Below are positions 22,073 through 33,127 of a DNA stretch of 64,000 bases, one piece after another. A program made the position numbers and the translations under genes. Source of the stretch: Aestuariibacter sp. (lineage in GTDB: Bacteria > Pseudomonadota > Gammaproteobacteria > Enterobacterales > Alteromonadaceae). The stretch spans positions 720,027 to 784,026 of the forward strand of contig CP170457.1 of assembly GCA_047947135.1 (NCBI GenBank), written 5' to 3'. Within the stretch, counting starts at the first letter, position 1. Every line of letters begins with the position of its first letter. The notes beneath the pieces are model-generated. The model did no database searches. It was not told where the DNA came from and saw nothing but the letters and a program-made list of their open reading frames with translations.

Positions 22073-22993
22073 TTGAGACTGCAGAATAGCATTTTTAGCC
22101 TCTTGATATTTGGCTTTTGTCCCGTTTGGGCGGAAGACAAACAGGTGCCATGGTTTGATGTATTACATGATGATATTTCTCATTCGGTCAACGTTTCAGC
22201 AGTTTGGCTGGACGATTTCTTTGGTCACGAAGAATACCAATCAAATGAGATGGCCAGAGGTGGCGCCAGGGTCCAACTGGGGATAGAGCCACGTAGTCGG
22301 GATCTGATGGAATTCGAATCACGAGTACGTATTCGAGTGAAATTACCCAAACTAAAAAACCGGGTTGATCTGGTCTTCAGTGATTATGACGAAGAATTAG
22401 AAAAGGCCCCGATAAAAGCCGCTCAAAATGAAGTCCTTCAAAGTCAAAATCGTTTCAATTTGGCACTCCGTTGGAGCAACAAAAAAGGCCAAGATAGTTT
22501 TTGGTCCAACCGCATCGGTATTGGCAGAAAGGCACAGCCCTTTGCCAGGACTCAATACACCAGCCGAGGCACTTTATCAGATACACAACGCTATCGATGG
22601 CTAGCCTCAGCATACTTTTATCAAAATGAAGGGTTTGGCTCTCATCTTGGCTTACAGCTGGAACAGGATCTTAATCAAAGTTCTGTGGTACGTCTGGATA
22701 ATGACTTTTTCTTTCGAGATGAGTCTGACGACTGGCTATGGCAGCACAATTTATACAACATGACGCAGTTATCTGATTCTTCGGCCTTGATCAGCGGCAT
22801 TTATGTCGACGGTTTAACTCAGCCCAATTATCAGGTAAATGAGTATTTGTTAAGTGTGCGATGGCGCAAAAACGCCTTACGTGAATGGCTTTTTTTCGAA
22901 GTCGAACCTTTTGTTCTGTGGCGTCGTGATGAAAGTTTTGATGCCTCTTATGGACTGGCCATGCGGATTGAAGGCTATTTTGGGCATTATTGA
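22073..22993 (+). CDS. Hypothetical outer-membrane or secreted protein.
   Basis: Signal peptide MRLQNSIFSLLIFGFCPVWA. Rich in alternating aromatic/polar stretches and ends in an aromatic residue, consistent with a beta-barrel OMP. It is on the strand opposite the ubi/tat block, between ubiB and tatA. Confidence 0.55.
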   Translation: MRLQNSIFSLLIFGFCPVWAEDKQVPWFDVLHDDISHSVNVSAVWLDDFFGHEEYQSNEMARGGARVQLGIEPRSRDLMEFESRVRIRVKLPKLKNRVDLVFSDYDEELEKAPIKAAQNEVLQSQNRFNLALRWSNKKGQDSFWSNRIGIGRKAQPFARTQYTSRGTLSDTQRYRWLASAYFYQNEGFGSHLGLQLEQDLNQSSVVRLDNDFFFRDESDDWLWQHNLYNMTQLSDSSALISGIYVDGLTQPNYQVNEYLLSVRWRKNALREWLFFEVEPFVLWRRDESFDASYGLAMRIEGYFGHY

Positions 22994-23007
22994 TAGCCGG
23001 ATTGGTG

Positions 23008-24642
23008 TTACTGGTACAGCTTCACCCAGCTTTTACCCCAGGCTCCCGCACCTAAAAGACACAACAGTGCAATTGTCCAGATGGGCAATTGATAAACCGG
23101 TAATAACGCTGCCACCATAAAGCACACGCCACCCGCTACCGCATAGACTATTGCTTTACTATTCTCCCGCTGGCGCTTCAACATATCTTCATGCAGTTTG
23201 CGCTGAAATTCCGGTAAGGTTTTCAGTTGCTTCATGGAGTCAAAAACCAGATCTGGCACGTCCGGCAGTTTTTCACTCCAGAAAGGTAAATTATTCTTCA
23301 CCTTGTGCAGCATGGCGCTCAATCCAATTTGTTCTTTCATCCATTGTTCCAAAAAGGGTTTCGCGGTTTCCCATAAGTCCAGCTGTGGGTAAAGTTGTCG
23401 TCCCAGACCCTCTATGTACAACAGCGTTTTTTGTAGCAACACCAGTTGCGGTTGCACTACCATGTCAAAACGACGCGCGGTATTAAATAGTTGCAGCAGT
23501 ACGTGACCGAATGATATCTCTGCGAGGGGTTTATGAAAAATAGGTTCGCAAACGGTGCGAATCGCCATTTCAAACTCATCGATATTGGTATCAGCTGGGA
23601 CCCAACCCGAGTCAACGTGCAATTCGGCCACCTTGCGATAGTCAGAATTAAAAAAGGCCACGAAATTCTCTGCCAGGTAGCGCTTATCATCACGATTCAA
23701 TGTGCCGACTATGCCAAAGTCAATGGCAATATATTGTGGTGACTGCAAGTTTTCCGTTGAGATAAAGATGTTGCCGGGATGCATATCCGCGTGGAAAAAG
23801 CTGTCCCGAAATACCTGCGTGAAAAAAACCGAGACGCCTCGTTCAGCGAGCAGCTTAAAGTTTGTGTCGTGCGCTTTTAAGGTTTCGATGTCAGCAATGG
23901 GGATGCCATAAATACGCTCCATCACCAACACATTTTGGCGGCACAAATCCGGATAAATATAGGGAATATATAACTCTGCGGATGCTTCGAAGTTTTTCCG
24001 CAACTGAATGCCATTGGCGGATTCTCTGAGTAAATCCAGCTCATCTTCGATGGTCTTGCGATACTCTTCAACAACTTCGACCGGGCGTAAGCGCCGACCA
24101 TCCGGTAACACTTTTTGCACCACCCAGGCAATCACCCGCATCAACTCAATATCAGCATTAATGGTCTCAGCGATATTAGGGCGAATCACCTTGATCACGA
24201 TATCTTTGCCATCTTCTTTCAGAGTCGCTGTATGCACTTGAGCAATCGACGCTGAAGCCAACGGCTCTGTAGCAAAATCATCAAAGTATTCAGATATATC
24301 TTTTATTTGCAGCGCGCTTTCAATAATAGACTGGGCTTGTTCGCCATCAAAAGGCTGCACTTTGTCTTGCAGGAGAGCTAACTCATCGGCGATATCTGGG
24401 GGTAATAAGTCGCGCCGCGTCGACAACATTTGTCCAAATTTAATAAATACCGGTCCCAGTCCCTGCAATGCCAGTCGCAATCTCTGGCCGTCCGTTTGCT
24501 CGGGATATTTGTTGTATAACCAGAAAAAGAAACACCGAAAAAACCTGAAATACCAGGGCAGAAATCGTTTCGGAATTAATTTGTCTAAACCATGATTGAG
24601 TAAGGTTTTGGTGATGGTGTACAGGCGAATTAAGCGCATCAA
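23008..24642 (-). CDS. ubiB: Ubiquinone biosynthesis protein kinase-like UbiB.
   Basis: [23 protein letters not shown], ...AAASIAQVH..., [10 protein letters not shown], two C-terminal TM helices. Overlaps ubiJ by 4 nt. Confidence 0.95.
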   Translation of the reverse strand: MMRLIRLYTITKTLLNHGLDKLIPKRFLPWYFRFFRCFFFWLYNKYPEQTDGQRLRLALQGLGPVFIKFGQMLSTRRDLLPPDIADELALLQDKVQPFDGEQAQSIIESALQIKDISEYFDDFATEPLASASIAQVHTATLKEDGKDIVIKVIRPNIAETINADIELMRVIAWVVQKVLPDGRRLRPVEVVEEYRKTIEDELDLLRESANGIQLRKNFEASAELYIPYIYPDLCRQNVLVMERIYGIPIADIETLKAHDTNFKLLAERGVSVFFTQVFRDSFFHADMHPGNIFISTENLQSPQYIAIDFGIVGTLNRDDKRYLAENFVAFFNSDYRKVAELHVDSGWVPADTNIDEFEMAIRTVCEPIFHKPLAEISFGHVLLQLFNTARRFDMVVQPQLVLLQKTLLYIEGLGRQLYPQLDLWETAKPFLEQWMKEQIGLSAMLHKVKNNLPFWSEKLPDVPDLVFDSMKQLKTLPEFQRKLHEDMLKRQRENSKAIVYAVAGGVCFMVAALLPVYQLPIWTIALLCLLGAGAWGKSWVKLYQ

Positions 24643-25259
24643 TCAGCCCTGCCGTTTTCAAGTTGGGTCAGTCGTTGTTCTAGCCTATCTACCTGTGCAT
24701 TGATGCGGTGTACATCCTCAATAAAGGCGTCCACTAACAGCGGGTGCGCTGCGACCTGTTTCTCTTCTAACGCAGCGTCTTTGAGTATTTGTTGCATGGT
24801 AAGGTGCAGTGCATGTGCTTTTTGCTTGAGCGCCTTGCCGGTACTGACCAGATTATAGGCCAGAACATCACCCACACGTTGTGCCAACAACTCTTCCCAG
24901 TCTATGGATAGTTCACTGAACAATGCCGAAAACTGCTGTGCCGTGTGCAAATCGCCTTCCAGTTGCAGCTGATCACTTTTAATCATGCGGGTTAATTGGC
25001 TACTGTCCTTAAGAGTTGAGATAGACCAGACACTGACCGCAATACTGACATCACTTCCAGAGGCAGAATCCTTTTCTTCCGCCATCACCAGGACTTTATC
25101 AGCAAAACAAAACCGCAAAGCAAAGGGTATTTCCTGCAGAGAAACTCGGATCTGTTTGTCAGCCAGCTTATTAAAGCGCTGTGCCGCACCAGGGTCCAAG
25201 GTCAACAGAGTATTGATACCATTTTCAATAACGCTGGTGACTAACTGCTGAAATGGCAT
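24639..25259 (-). CDS. ubiJ: Ubiquinone biosynthesis accessory factor UbiJ (SCP2 domain).
   Basis: [23 protein letters not shown] shows the YigP/UbiJ N-terminal SCP2-like lipid-binding domain. It sits between ubiE and ubiB. Confidence 0.8.
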   Translation of the reverse strand: MPFQQLVTSVIENGINTLLTLDPGAAQRFNKLADKQIRVSLQEIPFALRFCFADKVLVMAEEKDSASGSDVSIAVSVWSISTLKDSSQLTRMIKSDQLQLEGDLHTAQQFSALFSELSIDWEELLAQRVGDVLAYNLVSTGKALKQKAHALHLTMQQILKDAALEEKQVAAHPLLVDAFIEDVHRINAQVDRLEQRLTQLENGRAD

Positions 25260-26014
25260 TAAAACTTAAACCCCTTGTGCAGGGCAACAATTCCCCCTGT
25301 CAGGTTGTAATATTGCACCTGCTCAAACCCGGATGTTTGCATCATGCTTTTTAGGGTTTCCTGGTCCGGGTGCATCCGAATTGATTCAGCTAGATACTGA
25401 TAGCTGGCAGCGTCATTTGCCACTAACTGTCCCATTTTGGGCAGAATATTAAATGAGTACCAATCATACAATTTGGCAAAGTTGTCGTTTTCGGGCTTGG
25501 AAAATTCCAGCACCAATAATCGCCCACCGGGTTTTAAGACCCGAAACATAGACGATAAAGCCCGCTGTTTGTCTGTGACATTGCGCAATCCGAAGGCAAT
25601 AGTGACTAAATCGAAATGATTATCCGGAAAGGGCAAACATTCTGCATCTGCCTGAACGCATTCAAGATTACCGACAATACCGGCATCACGCAGTTTATCT
25701 CGACCGACCTGCAACATGGACTCGTTGATATCAGACAGCACGACATGCCCGGTTGGACCGACGATACGCGCGAACTTTGCCGCCAGGTCTCCCGTTCCAC
25801 CAGCCAGATCCAACACCTTGTGTCCTGGACGAATGCCACTACAATCCAGTGTAAAGCGTTTCCACAAACGATGGATACCGAGAGACATAACATCGTTCAT
25901 AATGTCGTATTTAGCGGCTACAGAATGAAAAACATCGGCAACTAAGCCGGCTTTCTGTTTTTTATCCACTTGTTTAAAGCCGAAATGGGTGGAATTCTCT
26001 TCCTGCACTGACAT
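25259..26014 (-). CDS. ubiE: Demethylmenaquinone/ubiquinone C-methyltransferase UbiE.
   Basis: HFGFKQV...[29 protein letters not shown]...[15 protein letters not shown] motif. Full-length, about 70% identical to E. coli UbiE. Confidence 0.95.
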   Translation of the reverse strand: MSVQEENSTHFGFKQVDKKQKAGLVADVFHSVAAKYDIMNDVMSLGIHRLWKRFTLDCSGIRPGHKVLDLAGGTGDLAAKFARIVGPTGHVVLSDINESMLQVGRDKLRDAGIVGNLECVQADAECLPFPDNHFDLVTIAFGLRNVTDKQRALSSMFRVLKPGGRLLVLEFSKPENDNFAKLYDWYSFNILPKMGQLVANDAASYQYLAESIRMHPDQETLKSMMQTSGFEQVQYYNLTGGIVALHKGFKF

Positions 26015-26132
26015 GATCCTGGCTGGTTTATTTAATTGCTGCCATATACTATCAAATTGCGTTTCGGTTGCAGCAGCTAATTTGGTGACTATTTTAAAGC
26101 TACCCGCCAGCCAGAGAGCCAGCGGGTTGATT

Positions 26133-28169
26133 TCAGTCAGTTATACCTGAGTGCCGCAGCAACGCATCCACAGAAGGCTCGCGGCCACGGAAAGCCTTAA
26201 ACAATTCCATGGGTTCCTGAGAACCCCCCATTTCCAATATATTTTCCAGGAAAGAGCGCCCCGTCTGAGGATTAAATATGCCTTCTTCCTCAAATCGGGA
26301 AAAGGCATCAGACGACAATACTTCTGCCCATTTGTAGCTGTAATAACCTGCTGCATACCCACCCGCAAAAATATGCGAAAAGCTACATTGAAAACGGTTG
26401 TACTCTGGCGGTTGCATAACCGCAACTTTCTGCCGCACGTCATTAATATACGCCTGAACATCCATACCCGACTGATATTGCTGATGCAAACCAAAGTCAA
26501 ACAAAGAGAACTCTATTTGTCGTGCCATTTGCATTGCAGACTGGAAATTCCGCGCCGCCAACAACTTATCCAGTAGCTCTTTCGGCAACGGCTGCGCTGT
26601 TTGATAGTGACCCGAAATAAAACTCAGTGCTTCTTCTTCCCAGCACCAGTTCTCCAGAAACTGACTGGGTAATTCTACTGCATCCCAAGCAACACCATTG
26701 ATCCCAGACACGCCGGATACAGCGACTTTGGTCAACATATGGTGGATACCATGACCAAACTCATGGAATAACGTCAGTACCTCGTCATGGGTGAACAGTG
26801 CCGGTGTATCACCAACAGGCGCATTAAAATTACAGGTCAGATAGGCGACCGGCAGCTGTAAGCTACCATCAGCTCGGGTACGGCGCACTCGGCATTCGTC
26901 CATCCAGGCACCACCGCGCTTTTTCTCTCTGGCATACAAATCCAGATAAAACCCACCGCGCAGCTTATCGTCAGTGTCGAAAATCTCAAAATAACGCACA
27001 TTCTTATGCCACATATCGACATCTTTGCGTTCCTGGATTTTTATGCCATAAAGGCGTTTCACGACTTCAAACAAGCCAGAAACCACGCGCTCTTCGGGAA
27101 AATACGGGCGTAACATTTCATCAGAAATGGCATAGCGCTGCTGCTTTAACTTTTCAGAGTAATACGCGATATCCCAGGACTGTAATTCTTTTTGACCATA
27201 GACTTGCTGGGCAAACTCACGTATCTCTTCCAGCTCTTTTTTCGCTCGTGGCAAAGAACGATTAGCTAAATCGTTGAGAAATTGCAGTACCTGATGTTCC
27301 GACTCCGCCATTTTGGTAGCCAGAGAACGGGCTGAATAATTATCAAAGCCCAATAAGTGGGCGTGTTCTTTGCGTAGTTTTAAAATCTCATTGATAATCT
27401 GATTATTATCAAACTCACCCGCATTGGGTCCCTGGTCTGATGCTCTTGTCACAAAGGCCTGATACATTTCTTCTCTGAGCTGGCGATTGTCAGCGTACAT
27501 CATGACGGGTAAGTAGCTTGGGAAATCCAGAGTAAAAAGCCATCCATCCAGTTCTTTTTGCTCGGCGCATTGTTTGGCTGCGGCTTTTGCAGAATCCGGC
27601 AATCCGGCTAGGTCATCTTCGTTAGTGATATGCCGGGTAAAAGCCATCGTGGCATCCAGCACATTATTACTAAATCGTGAAGACAGCTCGCTCAGCTTGG
27701 CGCTAATTTGTGCAAAGCGCACTTTCTTAGCTTCTTCCAGGTCAACTCCCGACAGGCTAAAATCACGCAGTGTATTTTCAATTTCTTTACGCTGGGGCTG
27801 TGTCAGCGAAGCAAATTCCTCAGACTTATGCAATGCCTGGTAGGCTTTAAACAATCCCTGATGTTGTCCAACCCAGGTGCCATACTCTGATAACAGAGGC
27901 AAACAGGCATCATGGGCTTCCCTTAATGCATCACTGCTAACGACCGAATTGCTATGAGAAATCGGTGACCATAGTTGCGACAAAGCATCGTCAGCTTCAT
28001 CAATCGGCATCACTAACCCTTGCCAGGTAAATTCGCCTTTGGCTAATGCGCCTTCGATAACTGATTTACAGTGACTAATGGCATCCTTCACCTGAGTTTC
28101 AATCAACTCCGGTTTGATAGCTGAAAAATCGGGTAATTGGGTTGATTTATCTGAAGTAAGGTTCGACAT
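26133..28169 (-). CDS. prlC: Oligopeptidase A (M3 family zinc metallopeptidase).
   Basis: HEFGHGIHH zinc motif. About 680-aa length from the MSNLTSDKS start. It is next to gor, as prlC is in E. coli. The ORF-track 28262 start adds about 31 residues with no homology. Confidence 0.9.
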   Translation of the reverse strand: MSNLTSDKSTQLPDFSAIKPELIETQVKDAISHCKSVIEGALAKGEFTWQGLVMPIDEADDALSQLWSPISHSNSVVSSDALREAHDACLPLLSEYGTWVGQHQGLFKAYQALHKSEEFASLTQPQRKEIENTLRDFSLSGVDLEEAKKVRFAQISAKLSELSSRFSNNVLDATMAFTRHITNEDDLAGLPDSAKAAAKQCAEQKELDGWLFTLDFPSYLPVMMYADNRQLREEMYQAFVTRASDQGPNAGEFDNNQIINEILKLRKEHAHLLGFDNYSARSLATKMAESEHQVLQFLNDLANRSLPRAKKELEEIREFAQQVYGQKELQSWDIAYYSEKLKQQRYAISDEMLRPYFPEERVVSGLFEVVKRLYGIKIQERKDVDMWHKNVRYFEIFDTDDKLRGGFYLDLYAREKKRGGAWMDECRVRRTRADGSLQLPVAYLTCNFNAPVGDTPALFTHDEVLTLFHEFGHGIHHMLTKVAVSGVSGINGVAWDAVELPSQFLENWCWEEEALSFISGHYQTAQPLPKELLDKLLAARNFQSAMQMARQIEFSLFDFGLHQQYQSGMDVQAYINDVRQKVAVMQPPEYNRFQCSFSHIFAGGYAAGYYSYKWAEVLSSDAFSRFEEEGIFNPQTGRSFLENILEMGGSQEPMELFKAFRGREPSVDALLRHSGITD

Positions 28170-28332
28170 GTCTGATATTTGCGCTACATTTAAACTGATC
28201 ATTGATTGCAAGGTAAGGTTGTTCGATGAGTTTATCAAGAGTCGAACCACAATATGTAACATCTGTCGATGGACTGTGTGCTCATAATTCTGCTGTTGCA
28301 GCCTGCCTTAGCATGTTAAGGAAAAACAATTC

Positions 28333-28680
28333 ATGAAAGTACTGGTAATTGATGACAGCCCAGTCACACGAAAAATGGTGCAACGCATGATTTCTTCGGT
28401 GTATCCCAATGCCACTTTTGCCGAAGCCAAAGATGGTGATGAGGCGCTGGACGTCATCGATGAGCAGTGCTATGACCTTTACACCATTGATTACAATATG
28501 CCGGGCGCCAATGGCGAAATCGTCGCAATTGCAGCAAAAACCAAATCCCCCCGCGCCAAAATATGCATGCTGACCTCTGACAAGGGCGATTCCACTCGAC
28601 GTCTAGCGGAGCGCATAGGCGTTAAGTACCTGACTAAGCCCAATTTTGAACAGGACTTACTGGCGTTTATCAAATCCTGA
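28333..28680 (+). CDS. Stand-alone CheY-like receiver domain protein.
   Basis: MKVLVIDDSPVTRKMV...LYTIDYNMPGANG...MLTSDKG...YLTKP has all the receiver signature residues. No output domain. Confidence 0.8.
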   Translation: MKVLVIDDSPVTRKMVQRMISSVYPNATFAEAKDGDEALDVIDEQCYDLYTIDYNMPGANGEIVAIAAKTKSPRAKICMLTSDKGDSTRRLAERIGVKYLTKPNFEQDLLAFIKS

Positions 28681-28807
28681 GATGAAAGGTTCACAGCTTC
28701 TCACCGTTCTAATTGAAAATATCTAACAGGCTAATCGCTACAAGCTGTTTGCAATTAGCCTTATGATCCCGATATAACAGCATTAAAGAATTCAACCAGA
28801 GAGTAAT

Positions 28808-30157
28808 ATGGCAGATTTTGATTATATTTGTATTGGTGGGGGCAGCGGTGGTATCGCCTCTGCAAACCGTGCCGCAATGCACGGCAAGAAAGTCGCAATC
28901 GTGGAAGCAAAACACATAGGTGGCACCTGCGTGAATGTTGGCTGCGTGCCAAAAAAGGCCATGTGGTACGGCGCCCAAGTCGCAGAAGCCATTAACCTCT
29001 ATGCCGCAGATTATGGCTTTGATGTCACCGTCAATAAGTTTGACTGGCAAACTCTGGTAGACAGTCGAGAAGCCTATATCGAACGCATTCATGGCTCTTA
29101 TGGCCGCGTATTTGAAAAAAATAACGTCGAAGTCATTCATGGTTTCGCCACATTTGTTGATGCCCATACGATTGCTGTGGATGGCAAACAATACACCGCT
29201 GATCATATCCTTATTGCCACTGGCGGTCGTCCATGGTGGCCAAGTATTCCGGGGGCTGAACACGGCATAGATTCTGATGGATTTTTTGAACTGAGAGAAC
29301 AGCCCAAACGGGTCGCTGTTGTAGGTGCCGGTTATATCGCTGTCGAATTAGCGGGGGTTTTACATTCATTAGGTAGTGAGACTCATCTGGTGGTCAGAAA
29401 ACATTCACCACTGCGTAGCTTTGATACCAGTCTGAGCGAAACGTTGGTGGAAATTATGCAAAAAGAAGGACCGACTTTGCATACCCACTGTGTTCCAAAA
29501 GAAGTGGTAAAAGAGACCGATGATAGTCTGACACTGCATTTCGAGAATGGTCAGTCACTCAATGTCGACAAGGTTATCTGGGCAATTGGTCGAGTGCCAT
29601 CGACAGATAAACTGGCACTGGAAAACGTTGGTGTTGAGCTGAACGAAAAAGGTTACATCAAGGTTGACGAGTATCAGAACACCTCTGTCCGTGGCATCTA
29701 TGCATTGGGTGACAACATTGGCAAAATCGAATTGACGCCCGTTGCAGTGAAAGCGGGCAGACTGTTGTCTGAGCGCCTGTTCAATGGCCAGACGAATGCC
29801 AAAATGGATTATGAGTTAGTACCCACTGTCGTTTTTAGCCATCCTCCTATAGGTACTATTGGGCTCACTGAAGAGCAGGCAATTGAGCGACATGGCAAGG
29901 ACAATATAAAAGTCTACAACAGCAGTTTTGCGGCCATGTACACGGCGGTTACAAAGCATCGTCAAATGACTCGCATGAAGTTGATCTGTGCCGGCCCCGA
30001 AGAAAAAGTAGTGGGATTGCATGGCATTGGTTACGCTATGGACGAGATCCTGCAAGGGTTTGGTGTGGCAATGAAAATGGGAGCCACCAAGGCCGACTTT
30101 GACGCCTGTGTCGCTATCCACCCGACGTCTGCGGAAGAGTACGTTACATTGCGTTAG
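28808..30157 (+). CDS. gor: Glutathione-disulfide reductase.
   Basis: [14 protein letters not shown]...[13 protein letters not shown] (redox-active [10 protein letters not shown]), C-terminal HPTSAEE interface motif. Full-length 449 aa. Confidence 0.95.
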   Translation: MADFDYICIGGGSGGIASANRAAMHGKKVAIVEAKHIGGTCVNVGCVPKKAMWYGAQVAEAINLYAADYGFDVTVNKFDWQTLVDSREAYIERIHGSYGRVFEKNNVEVIHGFATFVDAHTIAVDGKQYTADHILIATGGRPWWPSIPGAEHGIDSDGFFELREQPKRVAVVGAGYIAVELAGVLHSLGSETHLVVRKHSPLRSFDTSLSETLVEIMQKEGPTLHTHCVPKEVVKETDDSLTLHFENGQSLNVDKVIWAIGRVPSTDKLALENVGVELNEKGYIKVDEYQNTSVRGIYALGDNIGKIELTPVAVKAGRLLSERLFNGQTNAKMDYELVPTVVFSHPPIGTIGLTEEQAIERHGKDNIKVYNSSFAAMYTAVTKHRQMTRMKLICAGPEEKVVGLHGIGYAMDEILQGFGVAMKMGATKADFDACVAIHPTSAEEYVTLR

Positions 30158-30302
30158 ATCATAAACGAATTGGCGCAGAGCTTTACAGCGGCTCTCGCGT
30201 CAATTCGATAAATCACGAGCTGATAGTTGCATTTTGTTTAAATAAAAGACAATATTACGCTGATCTCACCAAATTTAATGGTTAGTAAAAAGGATTTTAA
30301 CC

Positions 30303-30953
30303 ATGTCAGCGCTGCTCAACGATTTATTTAGTTTTCCAATTGTAATTTATGCTTTCCCAATGCTGCTTTGCATCATGTTCTGGGTCATTACTTTAATTGG
30401 GTTTGTCGATATTGAAGTCTTTGATTTTAGTACCGACAGCGAATTATCTGAAAGTGGTGCATCGGATGGAGGTGGTTGGTTACAGTCACTGGGATTGGAT
30501 GGCGTGCCACTTACCGTCGCAATTACGCTGGTTGACACTTATGCCCTGGCATTTACTTATCTTGCCAAAAAATACTTGATGCCACTGTTTGATGGTTTAG
30601 CAAGTGCTATAGCCATTGGCTCAATTACCGCACTTGTCGCTTTGCTCTTGGCTATACCTGTTTCGGCAATCTGCATTAAGCCACTCCGGCGGTTCTTCCA
30701 TACTCATGAAGGAGAGAGGAAGTCAGACTTAATTGGCACAATTTGCACCGTAACAACTGGAAGCGTTAACCAAGGATTTGGTCAAGCTACTGGTGATAAC
30801 GGCATGGTTTTTAGCATTAGAGCACAGGAGCCCAATGAGCTTGCTAAGGGCTCCAGAGTGGTACTAATTGAATACCTTCCCGCAGAAGACACCTATCAAG
30901 TGGTCAGCGAATCAGAGCTTATGGCCATGTCCTCTGAACACACAACGATTTAA
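30303..30953 (+). CDS. yqiJ: NfeD-like inner-membrane protein, YqiJ/DUF1449-like (partner of flotillin).
   Basis: About 4 TM helices, followed by a soluble C-terminal region of roughly 70 aa (DLIGTICTVTTGSVNQGFGQATGDNGMVFSIRAQEPNELAKGSRVVLIEYLPAEDTYQVV). This matches the beta-barrel C-domain of NfeD/YqiJ. It sits 35 nt upstream of a YqiK-type flotillin gene. Confidence 0.65.
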   Translation: MSALLNDLFSFPIVIYAFPMLLCIMFWVITLIGFVDIEVFDFSTDSELSESGASDGGGWLQSLGLDGVPLTVAITLVDTYALAFTYLAKKYLMPLFDGLASAIAIGSITALVALLLAIPVSAICIKPLRRFFHTHEGERKSDLIGTICTVTTGSVNQGFGQATGDNGMVFSIRAQEPNELAKGSRVVLIEYLPAEDTYQVVSESELMAMSSEHTTI

Positions 30954-30988
30954 CTTTCTATATAACTGCAATCCTCAGGAGCACAAAC

Positions 30989-33013
30989 ATGAATGCAGGT
31001 AACAACTGGATGTTTTGGCTGGCGCTGGCTGCCGGTTTATTTTTCTTCGCCATGATCCTCACGCTATTTATGGCTCGGCTTTATCGTAAAGTAGAGCAAG
31101 GAAAAGCGATGATTGTTAACACCATGCGAGCCGAACCTAAAGTTACTTTTACAGGCGCATTGGTCTTGCCGGTATTTCACAAAATGGAAATTATGGACAT
31201 TTCCTTACGCACTATTGAAGTTGACAGAAACGGCTCTGATGGTTTGATTTGTAAAGATAATATTCGAGCCGATATAAAGGTTGGTTTTTTTGTTCGCGTA
31301 AATAAGAACACCGACGATGTTCTCAAGGTAGCTCAAGCTATTGGATGTCAGCGAGCATCCAATATTGAAACACTTGAGGACTTGTTTAGCGCCAAGTTCT
31401 CAGAAGCACTCAAAACCGTTGGTAAGTCTCTCGAATTTGAAGAGTTGTATGCCAAAAGAGATAAGTTTCGCGACCTCATCATCGACAATATCGGTACTGA
31501 CTTAAATGGCTATATTCTTGAAGATGTTGCCATTGATTATCTGGAACAAACTCCTCTTGATAAACTAGATTCCAATAACATCCTGGACTCGCAAGGTATT
31601 CGTAAAATTACCGAGTTGACCGCCCAACAACATATTCAGACCAATGTCTTTCGCCGGGATGAAGAAATGAAGATTAAGGCTAAAGATGTTGAAACCCGAG
31701 AAGCCGTACTGGAACTCGAGCGGCAACAGGCCGAAGCTGAAGCCAAACAATTGAGAGAAATCGAAACAGTAAAAGCGCAAGAAGAAGCAGAAACCGAAAA
31801 AGTAAAATATGAAGAGCACATGAAAGCTGAACAAGCCCGGGTTCAGGCCGCTCAGGAAATCGAAGTACAGGAACAAAATAAACAACGAGAAGTTGAAGTT
31901 GCAGAAAATAACCGTTTACGAGCTGTAGCGATAGAAGAAGAAAACGTGAAAAATGCTAGAGAGCTAGCAAAAATTGAACGTGAAAAAGAAGCAGCCTTGC
32001 AAGCTATTGCCGCTGAAAAATTATTAGAGCATGAGAAACGAGAAATTGCGGAAGTGATTAGCGGCCGTATTGAAGTAGAAAAAAATGTGGCTGAGCGTGA
32101 AGAAGAAATTAATGAGCTCAGAAAAGTGGCAGAAGCAGAACGTTTAAAGAAAGCGCAAATCATCACCGCTGAAGCTCAAGCACAAGAAGCACTCGTCAAA
32201 GATATCAAAGCCGCCGAAGCTGGTGAGCAGGCTGCTACTCACAAAGCCAAAGAAAAAGCCGTATTAGCACAAGCTGATCTGGAAGTGGCTGAACTCAATG
32301 CGCAAGCAAAAGCGAAAGAAGCTTCTGGTTTAGAAGCTCTTGCTGCCGCTGATGGTCTGGCCGAAGCAAAAGTCATGCAGGCAAAAGCCTCTGCATCAGA
32401 GGAACAAGGCATGGCACAAGTTAGAGTGGAAGACGCTAAAGCTGATGTACTGGAGAAAAAAGGACTGGCGGAAGCTGAGGTCGTGGCTAAAAAGGCGGTT
32501 GCTGAAGCTGAGGGCATGACCAAAAAGTTTGAAGCCATGGCGACAATGTCAGATCAACAACGTGCACACGAAGAATTCCGTATGAGGATTGATAATCAGC
32601 ACAAAGAAGCTCTGGAAATGATTTCTGCTAATCGCGATATTGCTGGTGAACAGGCAACCGTATTGGCTGAGGCATTAAAGCAAGCCAAAATTGACATTGT
32701 TGGTGGTGATACCGGATATCTGGACCGCTTTATTAGATCGATCTCAGTTGGAAAAGGCATTGATGGGGCCATTCAACGAAGTGATACGCTCTCTACTGCT
32801 TTTGCAGACCACATGAATGGGGATGCCAGTTTTGTTGAAGACGCAAAATCACTAATCAGTAGCTTTGGTGGTGCAAGCGGCAATGCTAAGGATACAGCCA
32901 TGACTGCACTAATGGCGAAACTTCTTAAAGAAAGTAAAGACAATCCCCACATTCTGGAGATGCTATCTCAAGGGATAAATAGTATTAAAAGCACCCCCAC
33001 AGAAAAACAGTAA
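30989..33013 (+). CDS. yqiK: Flotillin-family SPFH/band-7 protein (YqiK-like).
   Basis: N-terminal membrane anchor (WMFWLALAAGLFFFAMILTLFMA). SPFH domain (residues about 40-230). Then about 350 aa of E/A/K/Q-rich heptad coiled coil (the flotillin domain) and a C-terminal tail. 674 aa. Confidence 0.85.
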   Translation: MNAGNNWMFWLALAAGLFFFAMILTLFMARLYRKVEQGKAMIVNTMRAEPKVTFTGALVLPVFHKMEIMDISLRTIEVDRNGSDGLICKDNIRADIKVGFFVRVNKNTDDVLKVAQAIGCQRASNIETLEDLFSAKFSEALKTVGKSLEFEELYAKRDKFRDLIIDNIGTDLNGYILEDVAIDYLEQTPLDKLDSNNILDSQGIRKITELTAQQHIQTNVFRRDEEMKIKAKDVETREAVLELERQQAEAEAKQLREIETVKAQEEAETEKVKYEEHMKAEQARVQAAQEIEVQEQNKQREVEVAENNRLRAVAIEEENVKNARELAKIEREKEAALQAIAAEKLLEHEKREIAEVISGRIEVEKNVAEREEEINELRKVAEAERLKKAQIITAEAQAQEALVKDIKAAEAGEQAATHKAKEKAVLAQADLEVAELNAQAKAKEASGLEALAAADGLAEAKVMQAKASASEEQGMAQVRVEDAKADVLEKKGLAEAEVVAKKAVAEAEGMTKKFEAMATMSDQQRAHEEFRMRIDNQHKEALEMISANRDIAGEQATVLAEALKQAKIDIVGGDTGYLDRFIRSISVGKGIDGAIQRSDTLSTAFADHMNGDASFVEDAKSLISSFGGASGNAKDTAMTALMAKLLKESKDNPHILEMLSQGINSIKSTPTEKQ

Positions 33014-33028
33014 CCTCTAAGAGAATAG

Positions 33029-33059
33029 GCTGGCATCACCCTGTTACCACGATGCCAGC
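33029..33059 (+). terminator. 9-bp stem hairpin just after the flotillin stop. Possible attenuator or partial terminator ahead of the giant gene.
   Basis: gctggcatc-accctgttaccac-gatgccagc, followed by ttgattc. A second 6-bp hairpin (tacaccCAGACCggtgta) lies about 20 nt further on. Confidence 0.35.
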
Positions 33060-33127
33060 TTGATTCAATACACCCAGACCGGTGTACTGATCATTAAACC
33101 CAGTTAGAGAATGTAGCAAGAGACGTT

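Noticed and set aside
28709-29263. 184-aa minus-strand ORF
   Set aside because: It is antisense to the 5' half of gor, which is an unambiguous glutathione reductase. It is an ORF-shadow artefact.
31565-32538. Three minus-strand ORFs (31565-31885, 31852-32166, 32239-32538) with low-complexity S/A/F-rich translations
   Set aside because: They are antisense shadows of the GAA/GCT-rich coiled-coil region of the flotillin gene. The translations are low-complexity and not credible proteins.
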